Assembly (NCBI GenBank): GCA_965197425.1
Contig: CBDANC010000013.1
Location: 160,001 to 224,000 of the forward strand
Direction of reading: 5' to 3'
Origin: Bdellovibrionales bacterium
GTDB lineage: Bacteria > Bdellovibrionota > Bdellovibrionia > Bdellovibrionales > JAUICD01
DNA: 64,000 bases
In this document: in pieces, positions 51,402 to 61,446 of the stretch
Layout: each line of letters begins with the position of its first letter
Position numbering within the stretch: the stretch's first letter is position 1
Notes under the pieces: generated by a model
The model's input: only the letters and a program-made list of their open reading frames with translations
Told to the model about the DNA's origin: nothing
Database searches by the model: none
Program-made: the position numbers and the translations under genes

Positions 51402-52985
51402 ATGAGTAAAATCGGTAAATTGTGTCTAATTTTTTCTCTATTTTGCCTGCTGCTATTTGCTGTAGTTGGATACCTTTCCATGTTTTTGACTTCCAAGCAC
51501 TACTTACCTTTGTATTTTAGTGCAGCTGGTTTAGTAGCTGCAGTAGTCTTAGATTTTAAGTTTTACAAAAAATTCTTCTTGCTAAAAACCACAAAGCATG
51601 GACTAAGTATTGGTGCAAGTATTCTATTATTTTGTGTCCTTGTAGTTGCTTTGAATTTCATATTTTTTAAAAATAACAAAGTTTGGGATTTAACCACTGA
51701 AAAACTTCACTCATTATCTGATCAAACTTTGCAAGTAATAAATGATTTGGAGGAACCTTTGGAATTTAAATGTTTTTTAATAAAGGGCAGAGCTGAACAC
51801 GACAACATAAGGAATACATTTGAAAATAAAATTAGACTATATAAGCAAGCTGGCGATGTTAATGTAACTTATATAAATCCACATTTAGAACCAGCTCTTA
51901 GCAAGGAATACAATATAGATGAATCTGGTGCCATAGTTTTAGAGTACAAAGACAAACGCACTGAAATAGAAACTTCGTCAGGCAGGATGATGGTAGGCAG
52001 TACTAGCATCACAGAACAGGATATAACAAATGCTATAATTAAAGTAACAAGAGAAACAGATAAAACACTATACTTTTTGTCTAATCATGGAGAAATAGAC
52101 ATTTCGTCTGATACACAAAGAGGCGGTCTTACTTTAAAAACAGAGTTAGAAGCCCTAAGCTACCAAGTTAAAACTTTAAGTTTTATAGAAACAGAAGGTA
52201 AGATACCTGACGATGCAGATGCTATATTTGTTCTAGGACCTACCCAACCACTTTTAAGGACAGAGGTTCAAGCCTTAACAAATTACCTTAAGTCAGGTGG
52301 CAATTTGCTTATTGCAATAGACCCAGAGACAAGACACGGCACAGGGCCTATATTAAATGCTCTGGGCCTTAGGTATAAGAATGAGTATGTAATTGACAGG
52401 ATGTCAGCTCTTTTTGGTGATGTACCTGTAACTGCACTTGGAATTCGGTATTCTCAAACAAGTGAAATTTCCGCAAAATTAACTCCAGGAGCAGCATCAT
52501 TGTTTTTCATGGTATCTGGATTTGAGAGAATAGAAAATCTGGAACATTCATTTGAATATGATGAAATTGTACAGACAGATGCCACTACTGTCTCTACATC
52601 AAAACTTGCAAGAGAAGTAAATATTACTGGCAGAGGACCATTTAGTGTAGTCTATTCTGTTACAGGAAGTTTTGAAAAACCAGAAAATGAACCTGAGGAC
52701 AAAGAAGAAAACAAGTTTTTAGCAGTACTTTATGGTGATAGTGACATCTTTAGTAATTCCAGAATTTTTCAGCAACTAAATAGAGACTTGGTTTTAAACA
52801 CTGTATCTGCCCTATTAAGAGATGAAGACTTAATAAACATAAGACCCAAAGCACCAGCTCAAACTATGATGGCCTCTTTTACCACTACTAAATTTAGGCT
52901 GTTTAATGCAATCCCTTTTACAATATTACCTATTTTACTCATCATCACTGGTATAGTCATATCCTATAGAAGGAAAGGGTTATGA
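51402..52985 (+). CDS. GldG-family ABC auxiliary protein
   Basis: WDLTTEKLHSLSDQT, EQDITNAI, NHGE, GGNLLIAIDP, GDSD, NRDLVLN. Confidence 0.88.
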   Translation: MSKIGKLCLIFSLFCLLLFAVVGYLSMFLTSKHYLPLYFSAAGLVAAVVLDFKFYKKFFLLKTTKHGLSIGASILLFCVLVVALNFIFFKNNKVWDLTTEKLHSLSDQTLQVINDLEEPLEFKCFLIKGRAEHDNIRNTFENKIRLYKQAGDVNVTYINPHLEPALSKEYNIDESGAIVLEYKDKRTEIETSSGRMMVGSTSITEQDITNAIIKVTRETDKTLYFLSNHGEIDISSDTQRGGLTLKTELEALSYQVKTLSFIETEGKIPDDADAIFVLGPTQPLLRTEVQALTNYLKSGGNLLIAIDPETRHGTGPILNALGLRYKNEYVIDRMSALFGDVPVTALGIRYSQTSEISAKLTPGAASLFFMVSGFERIENLEHSFEYDEIVQTDATTVSTSKLAREVNITGRGPFSVVYSVTGSFEKPENEPEDKEENKFLAVLYGDSDIFSNSRIFQQLNRDLVLNTVSALLRDEDLINIRPKAPAQTMMASFTTTKFRLFNAIPFTILPILLIITGIVISYRRKGL

Positions 52986-54238
52986 TGAACTTCAAAATTT
53001 TTATACCCATTGTGTTGCTTGTTGCAGCATACGCCATCTATGAATTTAAAAAAAGCCCATTAAAAGAAGGTGAAAGTCAGGCAGTCCTATTAAAACACCC
53101 CGACATTAATAAAATTATAATTTCAAAAGAAAACAAAATAGAGCTAACCAAGGAAGAAAATAATTGGAAGGTCAAAGCCTCCAGAGAATATAATGGAGAT
53201 ACTATTGCGGTTGATAAATTTTTAGAAGAAATTAAATCTTTCACTTTAGAAAAATTAGAAGGTGCTGTTGATTTACCTAAATATGGTTTAGATAATCCAA
53301 CAGGATTTTTTGAACTACACGATACAAATGGTAATATAGAAAAATTGAGCATAGGAAGTACACCAGGACTAAATGCAAAGGTCTACATAGCTAAGGGAAG
53401 TGATATATATATATCATCTGTTGATTGGAATAGATTGTTAGAGAAAACAGAAGGAGAATTTAGAGACAAGTCAGTTATTGATCTTTCAGAAGGAATTCAA
53501 AAAATAAAAGTAGAAGGTAAGAGTAAATTTACAATAGAAAAATCAGAAGACACTTGGGTATCCTCTGGTATTGAATTGTCTTACAGTGAAGTAGACGCCT
53601 TTATGGCTAGAGCCGCATATCTACAAGCTGTTGAGTTCATAGGAGAAGAGGATACTATTAAAAACCCAACACTTACTGTATCTTTTGTGTCAGAAAAAGG
53701 AACAGACACTCTAAAGGTTAGCGATGAAGTCTCTGGCAATTATGCTTTGGTTTATTCATCTCAAAAAAATATTTTGGTTAGAGTAATGAGTGAATATACT
53801 ACAGCTATGATGCTGGATAGAGATGATTTTAGAGATAAAACTAAACCATTTGAATTTAACTCAGAAAATATCAACTCTATAATTTTGAATGAAGACGGAA
53901 AAACAATTACTATTTCAAAAACAGATGAACAATGGCTGTCACAGGATTTAGATGTGGACTCTATGAAAGTTTCTAGCTTAATAGAAAACATATCCAGCCT
54001 ACAGGTAGATGAGTTTATAGATCAAGACATAAGAAAAAGAATAGAAGGCCAAAACAGTTTGGAATTTAAAAATAATGATGAGATGAACTACAAACTACAC
54101 TGGAATGCTTACGAAGATAAAATAGAAGCCTTTAGCTCAATAGCTGATATTAACTTTACAATTGCTAAGGATGATTTCTTTTTACCAATAGCTGAAGAAA
54201 TTAAATCCACTGTAACTGCAACTACACAAGAAGAGTGA
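52982..54238 (+). CDS. DUF4340 domain protein
   Basis: YGLDNP, FRDK repeats; follows GldG-like gene. Confidence 0.75.
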   Translation: MMNFKIFIPIVLLVAAYAIYEFKKSPLKEGESQAVLLKHPDINKIIISKENKIELTKEENNWKVKASREYNGDTIAVDKFLEEIKSFTLEKLEGAVDLPKYGLDNPTGFFELHDTNGNIEKLSIGSTPGLNAKVYIAKGSDIYISSVDWNRLLEKTEGEFRDKSVIDLSEGIQKIKVEGKSKFTIEKSEDTWVSSGIELSYSEVDAFMARAAYLQAVEFIGEEDTIKNPTLTVSFVSEKGTDTLKVSDEVSGNYALVYSSQKNILVRVMSEYTTAMMLDRDDFRDKTKPFEFNSENINSIILNEDGKTITISKTDEQWLSQDLDVDSMKVSSLIENISSLQVDEFIDQDIRKRIEGQNSLEFKNNDEMNYKLHWNAYEDKIEAFSSIADINFTIAKDDFFLPIAEEIKSTVTATTQEE

Positions 54239-55200
54239 TGAATAATCAAGTACAGTGTCCTTGTAGAGTTGATATATCTGGTGGTACCCTTGATTTGTGG
54301 CCAATATACTGCCTTATAAACAAAAAATGTTACACTATAACAACTGCTATAGATATTTTTACCACCACCACATATACTAGATCAGATGATTTAATTACGC
54401 TAGATATTAAGGATTTAGAATTTGTATCAAAGTTTAATTCCCTTCAAGATTTGTTCCAAAGCCAAGATGATAGGCTTAAATTATTTGTAAAGTTGTTTGA
54501 GTATTTTAGCCCGAACGACTTTTTTACACTTACCACCAGTTCTCAGAGCCCTGTAGGTGGAGGTCTCGGTGCTAGTTCAAGCCTACTTATATCTGCAATT
54601 GAATGCATGGAACGGGTTACTGATACAAATCTAAGTGTATTACAAAAAGTTACACTTGCTGAAAATATAGAGTCCTATGTTTTAGGAAAACCTGCTGGTA
54701 CTCAAGATTATTTTGCACCTATTCTAAAATCAGGCATAACAGCAATAAACTATTCTGTAGGCGGTATTACTTACGAAACCTTTGATCCTATTGGCAAGTT
54801 TAAAGATAATTTTATGTTGGTATACACTGGAAAACCACATAACTCTGGTATTAATAATTGGACTGTATTTTCTGATGCAGTAAGTGGAAATAAAAACACA
54901 TTAAAAACTCTAGAAGAGTTAGCTGACATTTCCCATGAAGTTTATAACCTTTTTAAAACTAAAAACCTAACAAATCTAAGCGAGCTGTTAAAACTTGAGT
55001 TTGATGCTAGAGTCAAGTTGTCTAAAACATTTACCAGCGAAGCTATTTTTCAAATAGCAAATATAGTTGGTGAGTTTAAAGACAGTGCTGTAAAAATATG
55101 TGGAGCTGGAGGCGGAGGATGTGTAATGATTTACTCCAAGCATAATGAGGAAATAAAAAGGTTGCTGAATTTCAAAGTACTAAATGCAATGCCTATTTAG
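54235..55200 (+). CDS. GHMP-family kinase
   Basis: PCRVDISGGTLD, SPVGGGLGASS, GTQD, KICGAGGGG. Confidence 0.9.
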   Translation: MMNNQVQCPCRVDISGGTLDLWPIYCLINKKCYTITTAIDIFTTTTYTRSDDLITLDIKDLEFVSKFNSLQDLFQSQDDRLKLFVKLFEYFSPNDFFTLTTSSQSPVGGGLGASSSLLISAIECMERVTDTNLSVLQKVTLAENIESYVLGKPAGTQDYFAPILKSGITAINYSVGGITYETFDPIGKFKDNFMLVYTGKPHNSGINNWTVFSDAVSGNKNTLKTLEELADISHEVYNLFKTKNLTNLSELLKLEFDARVKLSKTFTSEAIFQIANIVGEFKDSAVKICGAGGGGCVMIYSKHNEEIKRLLNFKVLNAMPI

Positions 55201-55206
55201 AAATTT

Positions 55207-55968
55207 TTATTTTGCTTGAAACTGGATTGGATATGTTATGAAAGTTTCAGACTTTAGCCCTCTAAATTTAATTGTTTTGATAACTCTTTCTACACATTTT
55301 TGAAGCTCTGTATCTTGTATAGAACTATCGGCAAGTTTTATATATGACACATAACCAGAGGTATTTATGACAAACGCCATGCTGATATACCCCCCTTCAT
55401 GCATTGGATCTTTTTTTAAAAGTCTATGATAACATCTTTCGAAAAGATCTAAGTGTTTGTCCATAACACTGGTTATATACGGATCTTCTCTTTCATTACT
55501 TCCTCTGATATCGCTTGGCTCATAGATCTGCCTATGAATTTTATCTATTTTTACTGTTAGCGTGAGGATATCAGTTAATCCAACGCTATTAACTGTGTAT
55601 TTATTTGGTGAGTCTGAGCTTACTACTCTAAAGTTACCTTCCAAAAAAGTAAGCACTACATCAGAGCTAATTTTTTTGAATATTACAATTGAGTTTCTTA
55701 AAATATCTAACGTAACACCTGAGTTTAAAATTTCTAAAGATACTACTGAGTTATTGGTTAGTAGAATATCCCTATGCCCTAATGTTTTTTTAACAGATTT
55801 TAACTCTATGCTTGTGCTAGGTCTAAATTTAGCGGAGTTATTGGTGGAGTTTAAAATTTTTGCTATAGGATCTATGGTTTTTTCAAAGTCCCAAAATTCA
55901 GCTTGAGAAAAAATTAAGAATAGTAATCCCAATAAGATAAATAAAGCCGGAGTTATATACCTTTTCAT
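55207..55968 (-). CDS. AgmX/PglI C-terminal (TonB-C-like) domain protein
   Basis: FERCYHRLLKKDP...FVINTSG...QKCVERVI..IKF...ITYPIQF. Confidence 0.75.
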   Translation of the reverse strand: MKRYITPALFILLGLLFLIFSQAEFWDFEKTIDPIAKILNSTNNSAKFRPSTSIELKSVKKTLGHRDILLTNNSVVSLEILNSGVTLDILRNSIVIFKKISSDVVLTFLEGNFRVVSSDSPNKYTVNSVGLTDILTLTVKIDKIHRQIYEPSDIRGSNEREDPYITSVMDKHLDLFERCYHRLLKKDPMHEGGYISMAFVINTSGYVSYIKLADSSIQDTELQKCVERVIKTIKFRGLKSETFITYPIQFQAK

Positions 55969-55997
55969 ATCAAACTTATAAAAGAGGGCTTTATGTT

Positions 55998-56360
55998 TTA
56001 AGTTGTGGGAGTGATCCCCAATGTAGTAGGGGTGTCTGTTTGAGTGTTTGTAGTTTCAACATCTGTAGATTCCACAGCCTCTGTTGGTGTGTTGGTTCCT
56101 GCACCGACTTCATCTAAAACACTATCTCTGTTTTGTGCAGAAAGTCTGGTAAGTAGTATGCAAGTAAGTGCAAACAAAACCACAAAACCTTTAGTTAATT
56201 TGGTAAGTGCATTATCCGCACCAGTGGCTCCGAACAGGGTATTTCCTCCGCCTCCTCCACCACCAAACGTACTGCCCATAGCACCCTTAGAATCTTGCAC
56301 AAGTACAAGAAAAATAAGAATGACGGCCACAAAAATATGTAAAACAGTTAGAAGTCCCAC
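55998..56360 (-). CDS. secG: Preprotein translocase subunit SecG
   Basis: LIFLVLVQDSKG...FGATGADNALTKLT; follows tpiA. Confidence 0.93.
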   Translation of the reverse strand: MGLLTVLHIFVAVILIFLVLVQDSKGAMGSTFGGGGGGGNTLFGATGADNALTKLTKGFVVLFALTCILLTRLSAQNRDSVLDEVGAGTNTPTEAVESTDVETTNTQTDTPTTLGITPTT

Positions 56361-56363
56361 GTT

Positions 56364-57086
56364 TTAACCACCTTTTATCTCATGAAGTATATGTAGTATT
56401 TGCATAAAGCTGTCAAGTTTTAAAGATGCCCCTCCCACTAGAAATCCATCTAGATTGGAAATACTAGCATATTGCCTTGCATTTTCTTCCTTAACACTAC
56501 CACCATAAAGCAGTTTCATATCTATGCTAGGCTTTACAATTTTTTTTATAAAAGAAGCTGTTTGTGTGAGTTTGGAAGGTTCAATATTATTGCCTGTGCC
56601 TATAGCCCATACCGGTTCATATGCAATAATTATTTTGTGATTTTGTATTTCACTTAGAGCTGTAGTAATTTGTTCTTCCAAAACTTTTTTTGTATCTTCA
56701 TTTTTATTTTCACCAACACAAAGTACTGGCATAAGTCCCATATCACAGCAGGCTTTCATTTTTTTAGCAATCATCACATTATCTTCATCAAAAATTATTC
56801 TTCGTTCACTGTGCCCTACTAATACAGATTTAGCACCCATTTGTTTTAGTAGTTTTGGTGAGTTTTCCCCTGTAAAAGCACCTTCATTTTCAAAGTAACA
56901 ATTTTGACTTCCCCAGATAATATTTTTTTTGTCATTTAAAATTTCTGCACATTTTGGAATAGAAAAATTTTGTGGAAATATTATAACTCCACAATCTTTT
57001 GTCTCTAGTTTTAAATTTTTTAAAAAAGCTTCGCATTCTTCTGGAGTTTTATTCATTTTCCAGTTTGCAGCACACCAGTACTTCAT
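56364..57086 (-). CDS. tpiA: Triosephosphate isomerase
   Basis: ANWKMN, GHSERR, AYEPVWAIGTG, YGGSV, LVGGASL. Confidence 0.97.
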   Translation of the reverse strand: MKYWCAANWKMNKTPEECEAFLKNLKLETKDCGVIIFPQNFSIPKCAEILNDKKNIIWGSQNCYFENEGAFTGENSPKLLKQMGAKSVLVGHSERRIIFDEDNVMIAKKMKACCDMGLMPVLCVGENKNEDTKKVLEEQITTALSEIQNHKIIIAYEPVWAIGTGNNIEPSKLTQTASFIKKIVKPSIDMKLLYGGSVKEENARQYASISNLDGFLVGGASLKLDSFMQILHILHEIKGG

Positions 57087-58234
57087 GCTTTTTTCTCCAA
57101 TGCTTCTAAGCCTGCTAATGTTCCTTTTGTTATGTATTCTAACCCTGCTCCTCCTCCTGTGGATAGATCTATATCTATATTATTGGATATAGCTGCATGT
57201 ACCAGATCTCCTCCCCCTGCTATGCTTATAGCATTGGATTTGGAAATTTCTTTTAAAAGACTAATTGTACCTTCAGAAAATTGTTTTTTTTCAAACATTC
57301 CCATGGAACCATTTGCAAAAATAGTGGCCGCTTTTTTAATGTGGTCGCTATATAGTGTTACCGTATCAGGTCCTATATCAAAACCTCTAAACCCACTGGT
57401 TATATTCTTGCTTACTCTATCTGCATTTAAATCATTTAGTTCTGCTTCAATATGATCTATTGGTAAAAGCAGTGTCTTATCTCGCACATCAAATGCGTTA
57501 ATTATGTCTTTTGCTAATGCTTTATGTTTATAGAGTACAGATGAGTGCGTTTCTATTCCACTAGCTTCTAAGAAGATATGTGCTAATTTTCCACCTATGA
57601 TGGCTACATCAATTTTTTCTACCAATGTTTTTATTAGATCTATTTTGTTTATTTTTGCTCCGCCTAGGAGAGCTAAGAAAGGTCTTTTGGGATCTCTAAT
57701 TTTATCTAACAAATTAATTTCATGTTCCATTAATAAGCCCATACCTTTTGTTTCTACAAGAGTACAAATTGCATCTATGCTAGCATGCTTTCTGTGACTT
57801 ACCCCGAAGGCATCGTTTATATAGACATCTGTGTAAGATGCCCACTTAGAAGCCAGCCTTGAGCTGTTCTGAACTTCGCCTTTATTAAATCTTAAGTTTT
57901 CTAGCATTAGTATTTTCTTAGAGTTCGTTTGTTTGATTAGAGATTTAGGTGCATCGCTAGCTGGATTATCTATCATGACAACTTCTACATTTAATTTTTC
58001 TGCCAAGAATTCTGCTACAGGTGTGAGTGAAAAATTTATGTCCTTTTTTTTAGGCCTTCCAAGATGTGAAGCTACGATAATGTGTGCATCATTTTTTAGT
58101 AAAAATTCAATTGTTGGGATTGCACTTTTGATTCTAAAACTGTCTTTTATTTTTCCTTTACTTATTGGGACATTAAGATCTAATCTTAAAAAGACTTTTT
58201 TATTGTTTAAATCCAAGTCTCTAATAGTTTGCAT
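57083..58234 (-). CDS. pgk: Phosphoglycerate kinase
   Basis: RLDLNVP, SHLGRP, LENLRF, NDAFG..HR, DIGP, STGGGA. Confidence 0.96.
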   Translation of the reverse strand: MQTIRDLDLNNKKVFLRLDLNVPISKGKIKDSFRIKSAIPTIEFLLKNDAHIIVASHLGRPKKKDINFSLTPVAEFLAEKLNVEVVMIDNPASDAPKSLIKQTNSKKILMLENLRFNKGEVQNSSRLASKWASYTDVYINDAFGVSHRKHASIDAICTLVETKGMGLLMEHEINLLDKIRDPKRPFLALLGGAKINKIDLIKTLVEKIDVAIIGGKLAHIFLEASGIETHSSVLYKHKALAKDIINAFDVRDKTLLLPIDHIEAELNDLNADRVSKNITSGFRGFDIGPDTVTLYSDHIKKAATIFANGSMGMFEKKQFSEGTISLLKEISKSNAISIAGGGDLVHAAISNNIDIDLSTGGGAGLEYITKGTLAGLEALEKKA

Positions 58235-58479
58235 GTTTTATCTCTTAAGGTAACTGTCGCTTAAATTTAAACCACATAGTGGTGTTGAAAAATATTTAAT
58301 TAGTTACAATTTTTGTTATTTTACAAAAAGCATAATGATCTTAATTGCTTAACTTAATAAAATTAAATTGTAGTTATAGTAATTATAATTTGCGTGTAAA
58401 TCAATAAAAATCAACTTGTAAAGTAGAGGTGTGATGGGTAGAATCGCGGGACCATCAATTTTCTATGGGAGTGCATTTT

Positions 58480-59637
58480 ATGAAATATATATATGTTTTA
58501 ATGTTAATAGTATCTTGTTTAAGTTTGTCTTGTTCAAATGACTATTCCGCAAAAACAAACCCTCAACCACTTCTTATGGAAAATAGTGCTACTGATCATA
58601 AGGAGTATTTGAACAGCCAAGAGTTCTATCTATTTTCATTAAGGGAAGGTGATACTAATAGAGTTAAAGAATATATCGATAACAAAGATGCAGTTCCATT
58701 TGATGCTATAAATGGTGAAGTTGATACTTATAGATATGGTATATTACCGATAGAAGTGATTATTGACATTTACAGAAAGAATAGCACTGATCTTGGTTTA
58801 TATGGTGGTGGTATTAATGGTATTAATGGTATTAATGCTTACAAGTCCACTCCATTAGCAATAGCCGCTGGCCGTGGACATACAGCTATAGTAAAAGTGT
58901 TAATCGAAGCTGGTGCGAATCTAGAGACGGCTTCAACACCAAGCCCTCTTTTTCTTGCAACATTGGGAGGACATAAAGAAATAGTTAGAGAATTAATAAA
59001 CGCTGGTGCAAATGTAAATAACAGTCACGATATAATTATGGGTGAGATTTTTGCACGATCAGTACTACTACCCCCTTCAAGCTCACCCACAACGCCGCAT
59101 AGACTAGCTTTAACACCTTTGCTTGGTGCAACGCTATCTGAAGATTTAGATTTGGTTCAGGAATTATTAGAAGAAGGAGCTTATATAGATCAACCAATTA
59201 TTTATCTAAATAAAAACAACCCTTCTCCTACAATACTTCCTGCTAACGAACAATTAACTATCATATCTGTTGCATCATTAACTGGTAATGCAACAATAGT
59301 TGATGCACTAGTCAGGGCTGGTGCAAATATAAATGAGAGGTACATTTATGATATAGCTCATGATGATATTACCATAACAACTGTTTTCTCCCCTTTAAAA
59401 CTGGCGGTACTGTCTTATTTTGCTGAAGGAGTTATCAACGTTCTTTGTGGAGCTGGAGCTACGGTAGATAGTTCTACCGAAGAAATATTTGAAGAAATAT
59501 CCACCGTAGAACCGGGACGAGTATTACCTGATAGAGATAAATTGCTAGATGTCGGGACGGGATTAACACCCAAAAAACACGGCATAATGATGGTATTTTA
59601 TAACATCATAACGATGGGGGAAGCTTGCCAAAACTAA
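58480..59637 (+). CDS. Ankyrin-repeat lipoprotein
   Basis: Lipobox LSLSC; TPLAIAAGRGHTAIVKVLIEAGAN repeats; (GGTATTAAT)x3 at 58810-58836. Confidence 0.85.
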   Translation: MKYIYVLMLIVSCLSLSCSNDYSAKTNPQPLLMENSATDHKEYLNSQEFYLFSLREGDTNRVKEYIDNKDAVPFDAINGEVDTYRYGILPIEVIIDIYRKNSTDLGLYGGGINGINGINAYKSTPLAIAAGRGHTAIVKVLIEAGANLETASTPSPLFLATLGGHKEIVRELINAGANVNNSHDIIMGEIFARSVLLPPSSSPTTPHRLALTPLLGATLSEDLDLVQELLEEGAYIDQPIIYLNKNNPSPTILPANEQLTIISVASLTGNATIVDALVRAGANINERYIYDIAHDDITITTVFSPLKLAVLSYFAEGVINVLCGAGATVDSSTEEIFEEISTVEPGRVLPDRDKLLDVGTGLTPKKHGIMMVFYNIITMGEACQN

Positions 59638-59682
59638 CTTTTTACTATTATAAACTTTTAAAGTTCCAATAAAATATCTTTT

Positions 59683-59714
59683 TAAAAAGGCTTTACGATC
59701 GTAAAGCCTTTTTA
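59683..59714. terminator. Bidirectional intrinsic terminator
   Basis: Perfect 32-bp palindrome TAAAAAGGCTTTACGATCGTAAAGCCTTTTTA after ankyrin gene. Confidence 0.8.
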
Positions 59715-59814
59715 GTTTGCCCACAAAACAAAGTACAAAAACCCAAAAAAATTAAGAACCAGGCTTTGGACTCTCAATAAAACTACTGTAATTTCAATAA
59801 GTTATAAGCAATAT

Positions 59815-59857
59815 CGATAGTTCCGTTAAATTCACTGTAAAATTAACGGAACTATCG
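59815..59857. repeat. Intergenic inverted repeat
   Basis: CGATAGTTCCGTTAA-N13-TTAACGGAACTATCG. Confidence 0.75.
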
Positions 59858-60191
59858 GCAAGGGAAAATTTATGTGTTCTAGGTTGTTGAAATTACCTAA
59901 AAAGTTATTTCAAAGGCTTATGGAATTTATGTGGGTGAAACTAAGTTAAGGTATTCTGATGTTGAGGTATTGCCGTTGGATATACTCTTAAAAAAAATAC
60001 AAAACAAAACAATTTTAGGTTAGCTTTATCATTTAAAAACTAATAATTTTCATTAAGGAGTAAAAAATTTAGCATCCTGTTAAGGATAAAATCTAAAATC
60101 ACAAGTTTTATGCTATATTAACTCGAGCGAGGCGGTGGGAGAGGCGTAATACAAACCTAAGTAACAAGTGTAAAACCATACGGAGGAAATT

Positions 60192-61352
60192 ATGAAGAAA
60201 TCTTTAGTGTTCGCACTTATAATATCTTTTATGGTAGTTGAGAAGTTGCATGCCAAAGATTGTAGTGCAATTTTAGCTGATAGCAAGGTTATAGAACAGC
60301 TCGAACAATACAAATATGATTTTACAAATAAACCAGAAGCACATGAAGGTTTAATTCAGGCTATCTTGGATGAAGCACACATATGTGTAATTGAGTTTTT
60401 GCTTAATGAGCAAAAAGACAATGAACATGCAAGTGAGTTTGTAGATATAAATAACCAAGATGCTGTCGGAGGCACAGCCCTAATGTATGCTTCATCATCT
60501 GGACATATAGAAATTGTAAAAACTTTGCTAGAAAGATCAGACATAAATGTAAATGTTAGAAATGTAAATGCTAAAAATAATGATGGGAGGACAGCCTTAA
60601 TATATGCTTTATTATATGGACATACAGAAATTGCAGAAACTTTGCTAGAAAGATCAGACATAGATGTAAATGTTCAAAGTAATAATGGGATGACGGCTTT
60701 AATGTATGCTTTGCAATTTGGGCATACAGAGATTGCAAAAACTTTATTAGAAAGATCAGACATAGATGTAAATATCAGAGATGCGATGGGAGCAACAGCT
60801 TTAATGAGTGCAGCTGTATCAGGATATGTGGAAATTGTAGAAGATCTATTACAACACCCATATATAGATGTAGTTTCTAGTAATCGTTATAGAATTACAG
60901 CCCTGATGGGTGCAGCTATATCAGGACATGTTGATGTAATAGACTTGTTACTAAAAGAACCAGAAACAGATGTAAATATGCAAGATGAAGATGGAATGAC
61001 AGCTTTAATGCATGCTTCACAAGGTGGGCATACTGAGATTGTAAAAACTTTGCTAGAAAGATCAGACATAGATGTAAATGCCCAAAACAATAATAAAGTA
61101 ACTGCCTTAATGAAAGCTTCGCAACATGGACATATGGAGGTTGTACAGATACTTTTAAATTTTGCTGAAACCGACTTATCTCTGACAAATAACCGTGGAT
61201 ATACAGCCAAAGATATTACTGAACTTATGTTGAAAGTAGGTCATCGTACGGGAACATTTCCATCCAATATACCACTAGTACAGCATAGTGCGTTAGCATT
61301 CGAAGCAATAATTGAACTCCTATCTGCTGAGTCTGAAGAAAGAAAAAATTAA
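60192..61352 (+). CDS. Secreted ankyrin-repeat protein
   Basis: Signal peptide; about 7 GxTALMxA..GH.EIV..LL repeats. Confidence 0.93.
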   Translation: MKKSLVFALIISFMVVEKLHAKDCSAILADSKVIEQLEQYKYDFTNKPEAHEGLIQAILDEAHICVIEFLLNEQKDNEHASEFVDINNQDAVGGTALMYASSSGHIEIVKTLLERSDINVNVRNVNAKNNDGRTALIYALLYGHTEIAETLLERSDIDVNVQSNNGMTALMYALQFGHTEIAKTLLERSDIDVNIRDAMGATALMSAAVSGYVEIVEDLLQHPYIDVVSSNRYRITALMGAAISGHVDVIDLLLKEPETDVNMQDEDGMTALMHASQGGHTEIVKTLLERSDIDVNAQNNNKVTALMKASQHGHMEVVQILLNFAETDLSLTNNRGYTAKDITELMLKVGHRTGTFPSNIPLVQHSALAFEAIIELLSAESEERKN

Positions 61353-61446
61353 TGATAAAGAAAGTGACGGTAGGTTATACAAGAGAATTTTTCAAAACTT
61401 ATTCACTAATGATTTAAAGAATCTAGTGATATCGTTAAAAGCTTCT

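Noticed and set aside
58432..58458. TGATGG...CCATCA hairpin as a riboswitch
   Set aside because: Only a short stem, no supporting consensus
60120..60150. GC-rich patch as a tRNA or ncRNA fragment
   Set aside because: No cloverleaf or T-loop motif
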